Positions 50,923 through 63,888 of a stretch of 64,000 nucleotides of DNA are shown here, piece after piece. A program made the translations under genes and the position numbers. A model generated the notes under the pieces. That model saw nothing but the letters and a program-made list of their open reading frames with translations, was not told the DNA's origin and made no database searches. Source of the stretch: Octopus vulgaris (taxonomy: Eukaryota); assembly GCA_951406725.2 (NCBI GenBank), contig OX597823.1, positions 61,256,001 to 61,320,000 of the forward strand, written 5' to 3'. How positions within the stretch are numbered: position 1 is the stretch's first letter; each line of letters starts with the position of its first letter.

Positions 50923-51180
50923 CATTAAAAGTGGGCTTGAATCTTCCTTGCTTACTTGAAATCTTACCCAGCTAAACTTGTGCATAATGGGAAAATACTA
51001 TGAATTAAGTAGCCCCTGAAATGTGAATGCGAACGGAATAAAACAAGTTTTGTGTAAATCAGACAACTGGTTATTGAGATATTAGGGGTTCGGGGAATAT
51101 AAATACTCAAAACAGTGCTTAAGGCCAATTCTCCAAACATAACTTCACCCTGATAAGGAAGAAACTCTTACCTTTCAATT
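50503..51180. mobile_element. head-to-head pair of non-autonomous Helitron-like elements
   Basis: Diverged inverted arms 50620-50871 and 50927-51176 around (TA)n; the left copy ends, on the minus strand, in hairpin cctggtgacccaacgggttacagg followed by CTAG|T. Confidence 0.6.
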
Positions 51181-51654
51181 AGGCACAGTGACTAGACAAT
51201 GAAAAAATACGATTTGTTTTTTTATAATAAATGTTTCTATTTCTGTGTTTGTTAAACACAATATTTTAATCATTTAGAAATATTTATAAGAGAATGTGAT
51301 TTCAAAAATGTAAGTTGTTTGTACAGTATTTATATTTTAGCTTTCTTTAAACAGACAATATTTTAATGTTTTTATTAAATTATTTTCAAGTAAATATCAT
51401 TTCAAAAATTTGTTTTAGTATTTTTAAAAAGACCCATTCATAAACTCAGCGTGAAATAATTTTTTCCCATAAATTTTTTCAAGTGCATTCAATATAACTC
51501 ACCTCCAGTGACTCAGCTGCTATTTCTAACATGCCCTGTTACCATGTAATAGCTATTTGCGATAAAGGACCTAAAATACCTGTTACATGGTAGCAGGGTG
51601 TGCAAGAAATAGCAGGCAAATCTCTCCTTCGAAGTGCTCAAGAGATTACAACTT

Positions 51655-52045
51655 GGGGTGTCATCACACAGCACTTATAGATTACATTTTTGTGGAGACA
51701 GGAATCTGCAAGAGGGCATGATTCAGATGTACAACAGTTGCAAGTTTTTTCTATTTGTTCTCTGGTTGGGATTTACAATTAGTGATGTTGATGCTGGTTG
51801 GTTTGTTGTTAGTGGGAGAGAATCCATATTGGAATTTATATTAGTATTGGATTGGAAAGTTGTAATAGAATTAGTATTTGTTGTCGCATAGGTAGGTTTG
51901 TGGTATGTTTTGAAAACTCCATCTATCTTATTTGAGATATCGTTTTCTTTTATGTAAGTTGGACAGTATATTCTTAATTTTCACACATTTACATTTTTCT
52001 CTTTGATTAAATGCATCTTTATGTGTAAATAGATGTACCTAGCTT
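51655..52045 (-). mobile_element. Penelope-like element fragment (RT-endonuclease linker)
   Basis: KTCNCCTSESCPLADSCLHKNVIYKCCV matches the CxC...CPL..xCL...VIY linker that precedes PLE GIY-YIG domains. Confidence 0.7.
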
Positions 52046-52077
52046 GCTTGTTGTTGCTTTATTTATATGTGTGTGTA

Positions 52078-52123
<46 letters not shown>

Positions 52124-52211
52124 AAGAAAACAGAAAATGGAGATAACATCTATGAATAATAACTCATTTGCATCAGTTATTATTTATTAATGATTTACAA
52201 AAAGAGTGCAT

Positions 52212-52331
52212 CCCATCTAACAGCTGTTTCTGCTGCCAGTGTTCTTTGGAATTACCATTATGATGCTAAGAGAATATTTATCATAATTTGTAATAAAACC
52301 AATTTGAATCATGGGGCTTCATCAGAGTGGG
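52212..52331 (-). ncRNA. minimal type I hammerhead ribozyme with 88-nt stem II
   Basis: Minus strand: CCCACU-CUGAUGA-[88 nt]-GAAAC-AGCU-GUU-AGAUGGG; palindromic ACAGCUGU stem III. Confidence 0.7.
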
Positions 52332-52944
52332 AAAATAAATTTAAAAAAAAAGAGACAAGAAAAGGATAAGGAAAATTTGAATGTGGTGAGAGTCATGTCA
52401 TGTTGCATGTAGAGTCATTGGACGATAAGTAAATGACCAAAATTTAAAATAAAAGGGGTATTTGATAGAATATTCTTATGCAAGGGGCATAAGTTATAAA
52501 AATCATAGCTATTTGTACAAACAAGATAAGTCAAAAGAGGAATAAAATTACAATAAAGTGTTAGTAGTAATAATTATGTTTATAGTACTAAGTAATAGTA
52601 TTTATAATAAATTGCTTATTTATTTAATATAATTTTTCACTTACTACTAGTAGGCATTTCAGTCAATCCACCTATTGTCCAAAGTTGGTAGACCAGGGAC
52701 CACTGCCAGATATAATTGGTCAGTTAGGATTTTGAAGCAAAAGACTGGCTATTAATAAACCATTATTCTATGGGGTAAATATACAAATGCTATATGTTAT
52801 AAGGGGCACAGAGCCATTTAAGGTAATATAAATATAAAAATATAAATAAAATAAAATAAGACTTATAAAATAATAAGAAGAATTAGAAAATTTAGAAAAT
52901 TTATTAGTCTTATTTTATTTTGATTTATTTAAATTTTTATATAT

Positions 52945-53400
52945 GACATGGAGGACTGGAAGCCATCAGAATATTAGAAAAGATTTACTTGTATTGTGAT
53001 GATTCGCACCAACTATCAAAATGATTGCAGCTCTGAGCACACTGTAAAGGCAGTAAGACATGATATGGACGTCATAAAAACCAAGTTCCTCCAAAGTGTG
53101 ATGGTCTTTGGTTATTGTCTCCAGCGAGGGTAATACATCTTTGAATAGAGACCTAGGCTTAATTCAGACAGCAATGTGAAGCTACTGGAGACTGTGGTCA
53201 ATCTCTGGCTGGAGTGGATTTCTGCTGGAAGGCCATATATTTGGCAATAGGATTCAGCTCCTTGCCATACCTTTGGAAAGAGACAGAGATGGTTGTCAGA
53301 GAATTTCTAAGTCTTCAAATGTCCTAATTTCTGGCTTCTTAATTTCCCCCCAGTTGCAACCTTATGGATTGCTATGTGTAGGGTGCAGTTGAGAAAGGCA
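52945..53400 (+). mobile_element. degenerate Tc1/mariner (maT/DD37D-like) transposase fragment
   Basis: KTKFLQSVMVFG, GRPYIWQ*DSAPCHT, WLSENF, CNLMDCYV*GAVEK. Confidence 0.75.
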
Positions 53401-53934
53401 TATTATGGTTATACCAACAAGCTGAATTGTTAGCAACTCGTTGACGCTACACCGAAGAAGCCAGGGAACAGAAGAAAGAAGACATGCACCCAACACCAGA
53501 GCTGAAGACACCTCTGAAAGGAGAGTGCCCCGCCATGTCAAAACGGTAGAGGACTAGAGGCTGAAACCGGACATGGTTCCTCCTGATGATGTCTTGAGCT
53601 AACTGGATCCTATAAAGGAGTTGTTGTCATAGCAGACCACGAAACATGGTTGTAATTCCTCAGATACCTAAATGTTCCAGCGACTTAATGAGCAAGCTTA
53701 CTTTATTTACATTAATTAATATTAATTTACATTAATATACACATGTATTGTATAATGCTGAACATACTAATTAATGCAAATGTGAAAGCATTATTTCTTC
53801 CATACTGAAATTTAAATTACATGAAGAAAGTTGTGAAACGGCCATGATCCTATGGTAGTCATAAATATAATTCACTGCTCATTCCTCCTGACTTTATGTT
53901 TTTACATACACTTCATGAAATAATTTTAGTGCTC

Positions 53935-54350
53935 AGAAAGGCAGCAAGCACTTAGGGCGAAATGCTTGGTGATATTTCGTCTGTCTTTATGTTCTGAGTT
54001 CCAATTCCACCATGGTTGACTTTGCCTTTCATCCTGTCAGGGTTGATAAATTAAATACCAGTTATGCACTGGAGTCGATGCAATCGACTTAATCCCTTTG
54101 TCTGTCGTTGTTTGCTCCTCAATGTTTAGCCCTTGGTGGGCAATAAAGAAATAAGAAACTTCAGCATATAGGGTGAAATGCTTAGTGGTATTTCATCTGT
54201 CTTTACGTTCTGAGTAAATTCCACCAAGGTCAACTTTGCCTTTCATCCTTTTGAGGTCGATAAATTAAGTACCAGTTGTGTACTGGGGTTGATCTAATCG
54301 ACTGGCCCCTTCCCCAAAAATTGTAAGCCTTGTGCCTAGAGTAGAAAAGA
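53935..54350 (+). mobile_element. dimeric Nin/Deu-like SINE
   Basis: Core gactttgcctttcatcct...gataaattaa.taccag occurs twice; same layout as 30532-30929. Confidence 0.8.
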
Positions 54351-54489
54351 ATTTTAGTACTCAGATTTTCTGAACTTCCAGTTATTTGGACACACTATAT
54401 TACACTTCTTTCTAATTGATTATTATGTAGACTGATAGCCAAGTCTGTAAGAGGAGCTTCCTGAGATTGCCCCATGAATCTCTGAATGT

Positions 54490-54657
54490 GGCACCACATG
54501 GGTGCTTTTACGTGGCACTGCACAGGCACTTTTACATGGCGCAGCATGGATGCTTTTATGTGACGCCACACAGGTACTTTTATATGGCACCGTAGATGTG
54601 CTTTTACATGGCACTGCATGGACATTTTTACATGGCACCACAATGAATGCTTTACAC
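54490..54657. repeat. 24-bp minisatellite, about 7 copies
   Basis: Unit approximately ggcaccacatgggtgcttttacgt. Confidence 0.85.
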
Positions 54658-54954
54658 AACCAGAAGGATTAGTCTTAACACTTCTACACACACACACACA
54701 CACACACAAACATATTTGTTTTTAAGCATATTTTCTTTTTCTGTCACTGGTAACTTCTGTGAGAAATCTCAGAAGCTTGCAGCCGATTCTTATGACTGCG
54801 AAAGATGAAGGGACCAGACAGAAATCCTTGTATAATTTCAAGTTTGTAATAATTTCCCAAAGGAGTTAACAGCTGTATTGTAATTCTTCAATTTGAAAGG
54901 TTTATTTTTTAAAAAATATTTTGTCTCAGTTTATTTATTTTTTCTTGTATTATT

Positions 54955-55018
54955 CTTGTTGCTACTACTATTGGTGCTTGTTGTTGTTGTTATTGTTGTT
55001 GTTCTTCTTCTTTTGCTG

Positions 55019-55057
<39 letters not shown>

Positions 55058-55058
55058 T

Positions 55059-55092
<34 letters not shown>

Positions 55093-55126
55093 GATGCTGC
55101 TGTTGCTGCTGCTACTGCTGCTGCTG

Positions 55127-55170
<44 letters not shown>

Positions 55171-55225
55171 GTTGCTGCTGCCACTGTTACTGCTGCTACT
55201 ACTACTACTACTAATACTACTACTT
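54955..55225. repeat. (CTA)n/(CTG)n/(TTG)n trinucleotide tract
   Basis: Direct repeat; explains the poly-Leu ORF. Confidence 0.92.
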
Positions 55226-55599
55226 CCCCTCCTCTCATACTATCTTCTTCCCCCTCTTCCTTTCTCTACACCTCACTGCTTCCACAACCTCTCACCTCCT
55301 CTTGCTCCTCTGCCTCCCCCTCTCATTCTTCCTCTCCTCTCCCTTCCCCTCCACCTCGCCTTCCCTCATTCTGCATTGCTATTGTTTCAAGCATCTTTTA
55401 CTTAATCCTCTTGGGAAAATATCATTGCTAATCTATGACTCCAAAAACATTCACACAACTGCACTTTATATCTCTGTATCTTTACACCTCTCATTACTAT
55501 CTCACAGATGCACAACCTTACCAGATTCACTCTCTGGGGGATTCATTAACCCACTAACTATATTTCTTACTTTGATCTGTGTAATTTTTTTCTTATAAT

Positions 55600-56480
55600 C
55601 TGGCATGGCTGTGTGGTAAGAAGCCTTGCTTCTCAACCACATGTTTTCAAGTTCAGTCCCACTGTGTGACACCTTAGGCAAGTGTCTTCTAGTATAGCCC
55701 CAGGCCAACCAAAAGCTTGTGAGTAGATTTGGTAAATGGAAGCTGAAATAACACTATTGTGTCTATCTATCTATCTATCTGTCTATTTGTCTGTCTGTCA
55801 GTTTATCTATATGTGTATATATATATGCACAAGTGTGGCTGTGTGGTAAGAGGCTTGCTTTCCAACAACATGGTTCTGGGTTCAGTTCCACTGCATGGCA
55901 CTGTGGTCAAGTGTCTTCTGTAATAGCCTCAGGTTAACCAAAGCCTTATGAGTAGATTTCGTAGATGGAAACTGAAGGAAGCCTTGTGTATATATATATA
56001 AATATGTATAGATCTATGTGTGTGTGTGTCTTTGTGTCTGCTGTGTTTGTTCACCTCGTCACAGCTTGACAACTAGTGTTGGTGTGTTTATGTCCCCATA
56101 ACTTAGCAGTTTGGCAAAAGAGACTGATAGAATAAGTGCCAGGCTTAAAAGAAAGACACCACCAAAATAAGTACCAGGCATCAAAAATAAGTACCGAGGA
56201 TCGAATGGTTCAACCAAAACCCTTCAAAGCAGTGCCCCAGCATGGCCACACAAGGCAAGTAAAAGATAAAAGAGAAATGTATGTGTTTGTCTTTACATTT
56301 GTGTTTGTCACCCTCCATCACTTGATAACGAGTGTTGGTTTGTTTACATCCCTGTAAACCAATGGAGTAAGTACCTGGCTTAAAAATAAATACTGGGGTC
56401 AATGTGTTTGACTGAACCTTCCAAGGTAGTGCTCCAGCATGGCTGCAACCCAATGAGCAAAACAAGTAAAAGATAAGAGA
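55600..56480 (+). mobile_element. cluster of dominant-family SINE copies
   Basis: Heads near 55602 and 55832; tails near 56270 and 56470. Confidence 0.8.
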
Positions 56481-56594
56481 TAAGTTGGCAGTGAAGAAAT
56501 ATTCCAGCAACATAATCTTCCAAAGTATTTACAAAGTTTACATAGCTGTCTTCTATTGTGTTTTTATAAAATCCTGTTTATATCTTTATACAAA

Positions 56595-57078
56595 CTGGCA
56601 CATAAAAAGCACCTTTCGAGCACTGGGCCTCACGGAGGCAATATGATCAATGCTGGTGGCACATGAAAAGCACCTTTTGAGCATTGGGCAATGTGGCCGA
56701 TGCTGGTGACATGTAAAAAAAGCATCTTTTTAGTGTTGGGCCTCATAGAGGCAATGTGACTGTTTCTGGTGGCACATAAAAAGCACCTTTTTAGTGTTTG
56801 ACCTCATGGAGGCAATGACATGACTGAAACTTTTGTCAATATGCTGTGCTTCAGAAGAAGACCCATCAAGCTAAATGAAATCATAGTCGTGGCAGATACT
56901 AGTGTCATGCAATTGGCACTCATGCTGGTGGCATGCAAAAGCACCCATTACACTCTTGGAGTGGTTGGTATTAGGAAGGGCATTCAGCCATAGAAACCAT
57001 GTCAAATCAGACTGGAGTCAGGTGCAACCCCTCAGCTTACCAGCCCTGGTCAAACTCTCCAACACATGCCAATGGAGG
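56595..57078 (+). mobile_element. RTE-related 3' UTR with ~60-bp tandem repeats
   Basis: ggtggcacataaaaagcacc-type motif four times, then ggagtggttggtattaggaagggcat. Confidence 0.75.
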
Positions 57079-58042
57079 TGCAACCATACCGAATTGCGTC
57101 CCAATCTCCCATAGCAGTACAGTTTACAGTGGGTGGCCCTGCTGGATCTAGGATGATATGGCTGAGATGTACGAAGAGCGTCGATCATCATTAATTGTGT
57201 CTGTTCATTGGTGGTGCTTTTTCTGCATTTGAGGCTGACTGGAGGTATATTATCATCTCTGGGTGACCCTGTTTGTGTTCTGGGTTCTCCTGCTTGTGTG
57301 TTATGTACGAAACTGTGCTCCCTGTCTGTAGGATGCAGAGAGTGTCTACCTTCTTCACATGCTCTCTTTCTTCCTTCTTCACACACTCTCTTTCTTCCTA
57401 CCTGCTTTTCTCCAGCCTTCTCTACTCCACTCTGTTTGTCTCTCTTCTATCACTTATTGGTACCAAAAGACTATCCAATTTTTATCACCCATCCTTTTTC
57501 TACTTGACCAGTGCCTAGGTAAAATATATTTTTTCATCTCCTGCCTAGTTTTCACTTCTCTACTTTTCATTCTTTTCTTCCCTTCTATCTTCTCTTCAAC
57601 AATCTCATCTTTCTATCCTTCTCCTGAACTCATCATACCTTTGGAATACAAGCACCACTATTTTCTTTCTTTTTATGTTAGTTTTTGTCACACAGTGTCC
57701 CATATTTTGAAATACTTACAATTTGTATATTTATTGCTTATGATTGCTTCACTTGACATGTTTCTGAAATTAAGCAATTTAATATACAAAATATATTTTA
57801 CATTATTATATATACTGCACATTATACATTTAATTCAAATCAAAAATATACAAATGTATATCAGTTTTTTGGGGTTTTTTTTTTGAAGTGTGATGAATTT
57901 TAAAGTTTTTTACTATCTGATAACAATGTTGAACAGGTGAGTTTTAATAAATTAATAAAAAATAATTAAGAGAAACCCTACTTTTCTAATTTAAAATTGT
58001 TAATCTGCTTGGACATTTTGAATTTTTTCCTTTATTATCAGT

Positions 58043-59100
58043 TCTGTGTACCATGTTAAGTCCACCAGAAGCAAAAGTAAGGAAAATTTCAGATTTCTTT
58101 GGCATTGCATCATGTCAAAAGAATGTAGGACCTTTGGAGATTGTAGAGATGCGATTCTGTAAAAAAACATCTGACATCTGATTGTTTCGAGAAACTTCAA
58201 ATGTAACTGTTAGCAACTTCTCTTGAAAATCAACAAACTTTTTCATCATGCCGTAATCAAATACCTGCAGAAGAAGGGTTTAGCTCTCAAGAACATTCAT
58301 GCTGACATGGTCGATACATTAGGGGATGATGCTCCAGCATTATCAACAGTACAAAAATGGCAGCTGAATTTAATAGGGGAAGAGAGAGTCTTGAGAAGAT
58401 CCATGGTCGGGACATCCTGCAGCTGCCACCACTGAGGAAAACATTGATCATGTTTACCACATGGTGATGGATGACAGGTGATTGACTATAAAGCAAATAG
58501 TCCAACGTTATTAGCATATCCCATGAGAGTGGAAAAGATTCTGCACAATGAAATTAGCATCACAAAGGTTTGTGCTTAGTGGGTGCCACATCTTCTGACA
58601 CTTCATCAAAAATGCACCAGACTGATCACATTATGGGAATATGTGATAGTGTTTGAGACAGATCCAACTTGTTTCCTTGAATGTTTTCTAAGCAAGGATG
58701 TGTGTTTGGCTTCATCAGAAAGAAAGAGGCAATCCATGCAGTGGAAACACTCCATTTCACCTGCTCCAAAGAAAGCAACGTCATTTTGTCTACAGGGAAG
58801 GTAATGGCCTCAGTTATTTGGAATGCAAAAGGCATTGTACTTGTTGACTATCTTCAAAATGACTACACCATCAATGGAGATTTCTATACCAAATTGCTAA
58901 GGTAGTTATGAAAGGCTGTCAAGACCAAACGCCCAGAAAAACTGATGAAGGGGGTCTTGTTTCATTAGCACAATGCTTCAGCACACAAGTCCTTGGTTTC
59001 AATAGCGTGACTGGCTTGAACTGGTTGATCACCCTCCCTATTTTAGTGATTTGGTTCCGTTTGACTACAGTGTGTCTCCCAAAATGAATAAACGCTTCAC
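58043..59100 (+). mobile_element. degenerate mariner transposon
   Basis: HAVIKYLQKKG...LGDDAPALSTVQKW, WVPHLLT, KRQSMQWKH, GKVMASVIWNAKGIVLVDYL, LVDHPPYFSDLVPFDY; many frameshifts. Confidence 0.88.
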
Positions 59101-59174
59101 TGTAACTGTATGGTGAACAATATATTTTGCATTGTGGTTTGTGAAAAAGTATGGTGATTATTATTATTATCATT

Positions 59175-59247
<73 letters not shown>

Positions 59248-59248
<1 letters not shown>

Positions 59249-60787
59249 TTTTTTTTTTCTTCTTTCAAATTTGCTTCATTTCTTGCCGAGTGTCTTCCCG
59301 ACTCCTAGGGCAAAGAAACTCATAGCATACATTGGTAGGCCATTAAACCAAACTCAGTAGTTCGTTCATTTTTTTTTTTTTTTTAAATTAAATTAAAAAA
59401 AAGTTAAATTAAAATACATGAGCAGCAACAGTTCTCACATCGACAATGCTCTTCTCAATACGTGTGATGTACCAGTTAAGACAATCTTTTGCACTTCTTG
59501 CAGGGATGGTAAGCCAGGGATCATTCTCATATAATTTTCGGTTCCCTTCTTGATCATTCCTAGTGCTCCTACGATCACTGGTATTGTAACCGCCTTGAGA
59601 TGCCACATTTTCTCAATTTCAATGAGTAGGTCTTTATATTTTCTGAGCTTGTCAAACTCTTTCGCTGAGATATTATGATCACAGGGGATGCTCATGTCGA
59701 TCAATAAGCAAACTTTATTGTTTTGGTCTTTCACAACAATATCTGGTTTATTGGCCTTGATGGTTCAGTCTGTATGTACTGGAAAGTCCCACAGAATGGT
59801 TACATTTTCTCCTTCAGTTACAGCCTCAGGGTGGTGATTATACCACTTGTCGGCAGTTTTGATATTGTAATGCCGACTTATTAGCCAGTGGAGATATTGG
59901 CCAACTCTGTCATGTCTTAATTTATACTCCACTGGTGCTAAGACTTTACATCCAGAGATTAGGTGGTCCACTGTTTCAATCATGTCGTTGCAGAATCGGC
60001 ATTTTGGGTCTGCTCCATTTTTCATCACATTGGCCTGGTAGTTCCGGGTTAATAGGCTTTGATCTTGAGCAGCCAGGATGAAACCTTCGCTCTCTGCTTT
60101 TAGCCCCGAGCTCCGTAGCCACTGATGGGTTTGCTTCTGGTCAACATCAGTTTGTTTGCTGCGGGTCACATATTTGCCGTGCAGAGGTTTCTCCTCCCAC
60201 CTATCAGCCAATTGCTTGTGCGCTTTCTTCATTGCCATCATTTTCACCTTCTTTGCAACAATAGTTGCCGTACTTCCCTCGGGTTGTTCAGTTTGGGTAT
60301 CCTGCACGAGATCAATAGCAAATTTTTTGCTTTCCTTTATGATAGAATGAAGTTTCTTTCGTCTCTCGTGATTTTCCACGAGCTTTAGCATCCAGTCATT
60401 CGATATTTCGAGATATTTGGCCAGTCCAATTGTGGTTGTTTTGTAAGCTAGTTCAAATTGGATCAGGCCTCGACCTCCTTGGGCTCTGGGAAGGTAAAGG
60501 CGATCTACGTCTGCCTTTGGGTGGTGCATCCTATTACAACTCAGCAGCTTGCGTATTTTTCTATCTATATTCTTTACTTCACTCATAATCCAGTTCAACA
60601 CATTGTAGCTATAAGTAACAACTGGAACTGCTAAGGAATTTATAGCTAACACCTTGTTACGTGCATTTAGTTCAGATTTCAGGACTGCACGAACTCTCCT
60701 ATAACATTCCTTCCTGATTTTCTCTTTCATGCTTGCATGCTGAATACCAGAGCCTTCATTTATCCCTAAATATTTGTATGTTTGTTC

Positions 60788-60790
<3 letters not shown>
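59248..60790 (-). mobile_element. 5'-truncated R4/Dong-clade LINE inserted in (TAA)n
   Basis: YKYLG, RLYLPRAQGGRGL, CCHC knuckle CRFC...HLISGC, RHDRV, KPDIV...LLIDMSIP...KLRKYKDL; (TAA)n on both sides. Confidence 0.92.
59435..60790 (-). pseudogene. R4/Dong ORF C-terminal half with a single in-frame TGA
   Basis: ORFs 59765..60730 and 59435..59734 are in the same frame, separated by one stop (HTD*TIKANKPD). Confidence 0.88.
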
Positions 60791-60824
<34 letters not shown>

Positions 60825-60852
60825 GATTATTATTGTTATTATTATTATTGTT

Positions 60853-61130
60853 TGAGGATGCATAGCCTAGTGGTTAGGGTGTTGCACTCCCGATCTTGCG
60901 ATCATGATTTCAATTCCTAGACTGGCTGGTGCATTGTGTTCTTGAGCAAGACATTTCATTTCACAATACTCTGCGATCACTTTGACACCTGATGCATGGC
61001 ACACTGTGCACCTGTTCAGAGGCAATGGCAATTTGATGGAGAGAGCAAGATAATGTGTAGCACACACATTTCATCACTATAAACAAATCATTTGTTCAGA
61101 TCATTAGGAAAGACTGAATGCTAATGCAAG
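60853..61130 (+). mobile_element. tRNA-derived SINE
   Basis: tagcctagtggttaggg...tttcaattcc...ttcttgagcaagacat. Confidence 0.7.
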
Positions 61131-61219
61131 AATCCATCATGTACACCCAGTCCATATTGCTAAGATTTTGTCAATAAAGAAATCCAACTGTTAAAAACTA
61201 TTCCTGGGAAAAGGAAAAT

Positions 61220-61383
61220 TGCTGTGTGGTTAAGAAGCTCAGTTTCTCAATCATGTGGTTTTTGGTTCAGTTCCACTGTTTGGCACCTTGGGTAAGTGAC
61301 TTCCAGTATAGCACTTGACTGATCAAAGCCTTGTGAATACAGTTGGTAGACAGAAACTGAGCGGAAGCTGGCCATGTATGTAC

Positions 61384-61432
<49 letters not shown>

Positions 61433-61630
61433 TGTTTGTATCCACACCCAAAGCTTGGAAACTGGTGTTGGTTTGTTTCTGTTCCTGCAACTTAGTGGTT
61501 CTATAAAAAAAAGTCTGTTAAAACAGGTACCAGATTTAACAAATAAGTAATGGGGTTGATTTGTTCGACTAAACCCTTCAATGTACTACCCCAGCATGGC
61601 CACAGTATAATGGTCAAAACAAGTAAAATA
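61220..61630 (+). mobile_element. dominant-family SINE, diverged
   Basis: gctgtgtggttaagaagc head, internal (TG)n, tail ccagcatggccacag...aaacaagtaaaa. Confidence 0.75.
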
Positions 61631-61669
61631 TAAGCATAATAACAAAGATTGACAATTTTTCATCCATTG

Positions 61670-61718
61670 GCAGTGGCGGCGGCAGCGGTGATGGCGATGA
61701 TAATGATGATGATGATGT

Positions 61719-61755
<37 letters not shown>

Positions 61756-62070
61756 CGTAGTGGTGATGATGATGGTAGAGATAATGATGAAAAGGCGGTG
61801 GGGTGGTGGGGGTAAGGGTTGGTAGTGGTGGTGGTGGCGGTAGGGGTGGTAGTGGTGGTGGTGGTGGTGGCAGTGGTTGTGGTGGTGGTGGTGATGATTA
61901 TGACAACACAACAGTAATGGAGGTGGTGGTGGTGGTTGTGACAGTGATAATAATGAATATGATGATGATGGTGGTGGTGGTGATAACGATGATGATGATT
62001 GTGATGATACTGGTGATTGTAATGAGAGTAGGGTGGCAGCAGTTGGTGGCAGGTAGTGGTGACAGTGCTG
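61670..62070. repeat. (GAT)n/(GGT)n low-complexity tract
   Basis: Degenerate triplet repeats. Confidence 0.85.
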
Positions 62071-62319
62071 GTTAGTATAGCGTACTTAGAGAAAACAGAC
62101 AGGTAGTTAACAAGATAGATTGATTGATACAGCCAGGCAGATAGATTGTTACCTGCATACATTAATAGAGAAATAGATAGGTTTGTAAAGAGAGCAATAC
62201 ATCAATACATATATAAGATTGTACAAATATAGTATCAACCCACACAAATGCATATATATGTGCGTACATATAAATATATAAATGTATATATGCATACACA
62301 TATACATATAGACCTTCAT

Positions 62320-62410
<91 letters not shown>

Positions 62411-62423
62411 ATATTGTATATAT

Positions 62424-62458
<35 letters not shown>

Positions 62459-62602
62459 ATGTATTTTTATGCTCAATGTAAATTCATTTGTCTATATATA
62501 TATATATAAATAACTAAATGCCTGTGCATATCTGATTATCTTCTGAATATATTTAGTTACACATATCTATTTCTCTCTATATATCTATATGCTGTGTGTG
62601 CA

Positions 62603-62649
<47 letters not shown>

Positions 62650-62663
62650 ATGTATATATATAT

Positions 62664-63008
62664 ATGGCCATTGCCAGCCCCGCCCCGACTGGCCTCTGTG
62701 CCGGTGGCACGTAAAAAGCACCATCTGATTGTGGCCGTTGCCAGCCTCGTCTGGCCCCCGTGCTGGTGGCACATAAAAAGCACCATCCGATCGTGGCCGT
62801 TTGCCAGCCTCGTCTGGCACCTGTGCAGGTGGCACATAAAAAGTACCCACTACACTCTCGGAGTGGTTGGCGTTAGGAAGGGCATCCAGCTGTAGAAACA
62901 CTGCCAGATCGGACTGGGCCTGGTGCAGCCTCCTGGCTTCTCAGACCCCAGTTGAACCGTTGAACCCATGCTAGCATGGAAAACGGACGTTAAACGATGA
63001 TGATGATA
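62664..63008 (+). mobile_element. RTE 3' UTR/tail fragment
   Basis: Reverse complement of the 13758-14000 region; ~65-bp internal repeats; (GAT)n tail. Confidence 0.88.
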
Positions 63009-63012
63009 TATA

Positions 63013-63045
<33 letters not shown>

Positions 63046-63059
63046 ATATATATATATGG

Positions 63060-63117
<58 letters not shown>

Positions 63118-63118
<1 letters not shown>

Positions 63119-63408
63119 TTTAATAGGGAAGGCTGGGGGTTTATGGGATTACCCATAAAGGGTTTAGCTTTATTGCCTATCGTCAGACCCCCAAAACCTG
63201 TTGACCTTAGAGCTCTTCAAAATATGGAGGGGAAAAAAAAACCTCACTATGAAGATAAAAAATATCTTTGTAGTGGGGCTTTTCCCCCTACATATTTTGA
63301 AGAGATTTTAGCCCAACAGGTTTTGGGGGTCTGATAATATGTGATAAAGCTAAACCCTTTATGGCAGAAAACCCAGGGTAATCCCATAAACCGGCCTTCC
63401 CCATTAAA
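63118..63408. mobile_element. ~290-bp foldback MITE (whole-length hairpin)
   Basis: gggaaggc, gtttatgggattaccc, ataaagggtttagcttta, tcagacccccaaaacctgttg, ctcttcaaaatatg and cactatgaagata all have mirrored complements; TTAA at both ends. Confidence 0.85.
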
Positions 63409-63467
63409 ATATACTCTGCTCTACATCTTGGAGTGTGCTTCTTCTCCAGATTTATGTTTTCTGCATA

Positions 63468-63515
<48 letters not shown>

Positions 63516-63537
63516 ACATACATATACACACATGCAT

Positions 63538-63568
<31 letters not shown>

Positions 63569-63726
63569 ATATATATCTATATATCTATGTATATCTATGT
63601 ATACATATATATGTATATGTATATCTTTATCTATCTATCTATCTCCACATATATATATTCATATCATCATTATCATCATCATTTAACATCCTCTTTCCAT
63701 GTTGGCACGGGTTGGACATATGTATA

Positions 63727-63772
<46 letters not shown>

Positions 63773-63840
63773 TATATACATATATATGCATATATATATA
63801 TATATATATATATACGTGCGTGCGTCACACACTCACACAT

Positions 63841-63888
<48 letters not shown>

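Noticed and set aside
53549-53562. ggactagagg, resembling the flavivirus CS2 motif
   Set aside because: Only a 10-nt match, with no viral ORF or remaining CS2 sequence; expected by chance.
54893-55405. Poly-Leu 170-aa membrane-like ORF
   Set aside because: Product of the (CTA/CTG/TTG)n tract.
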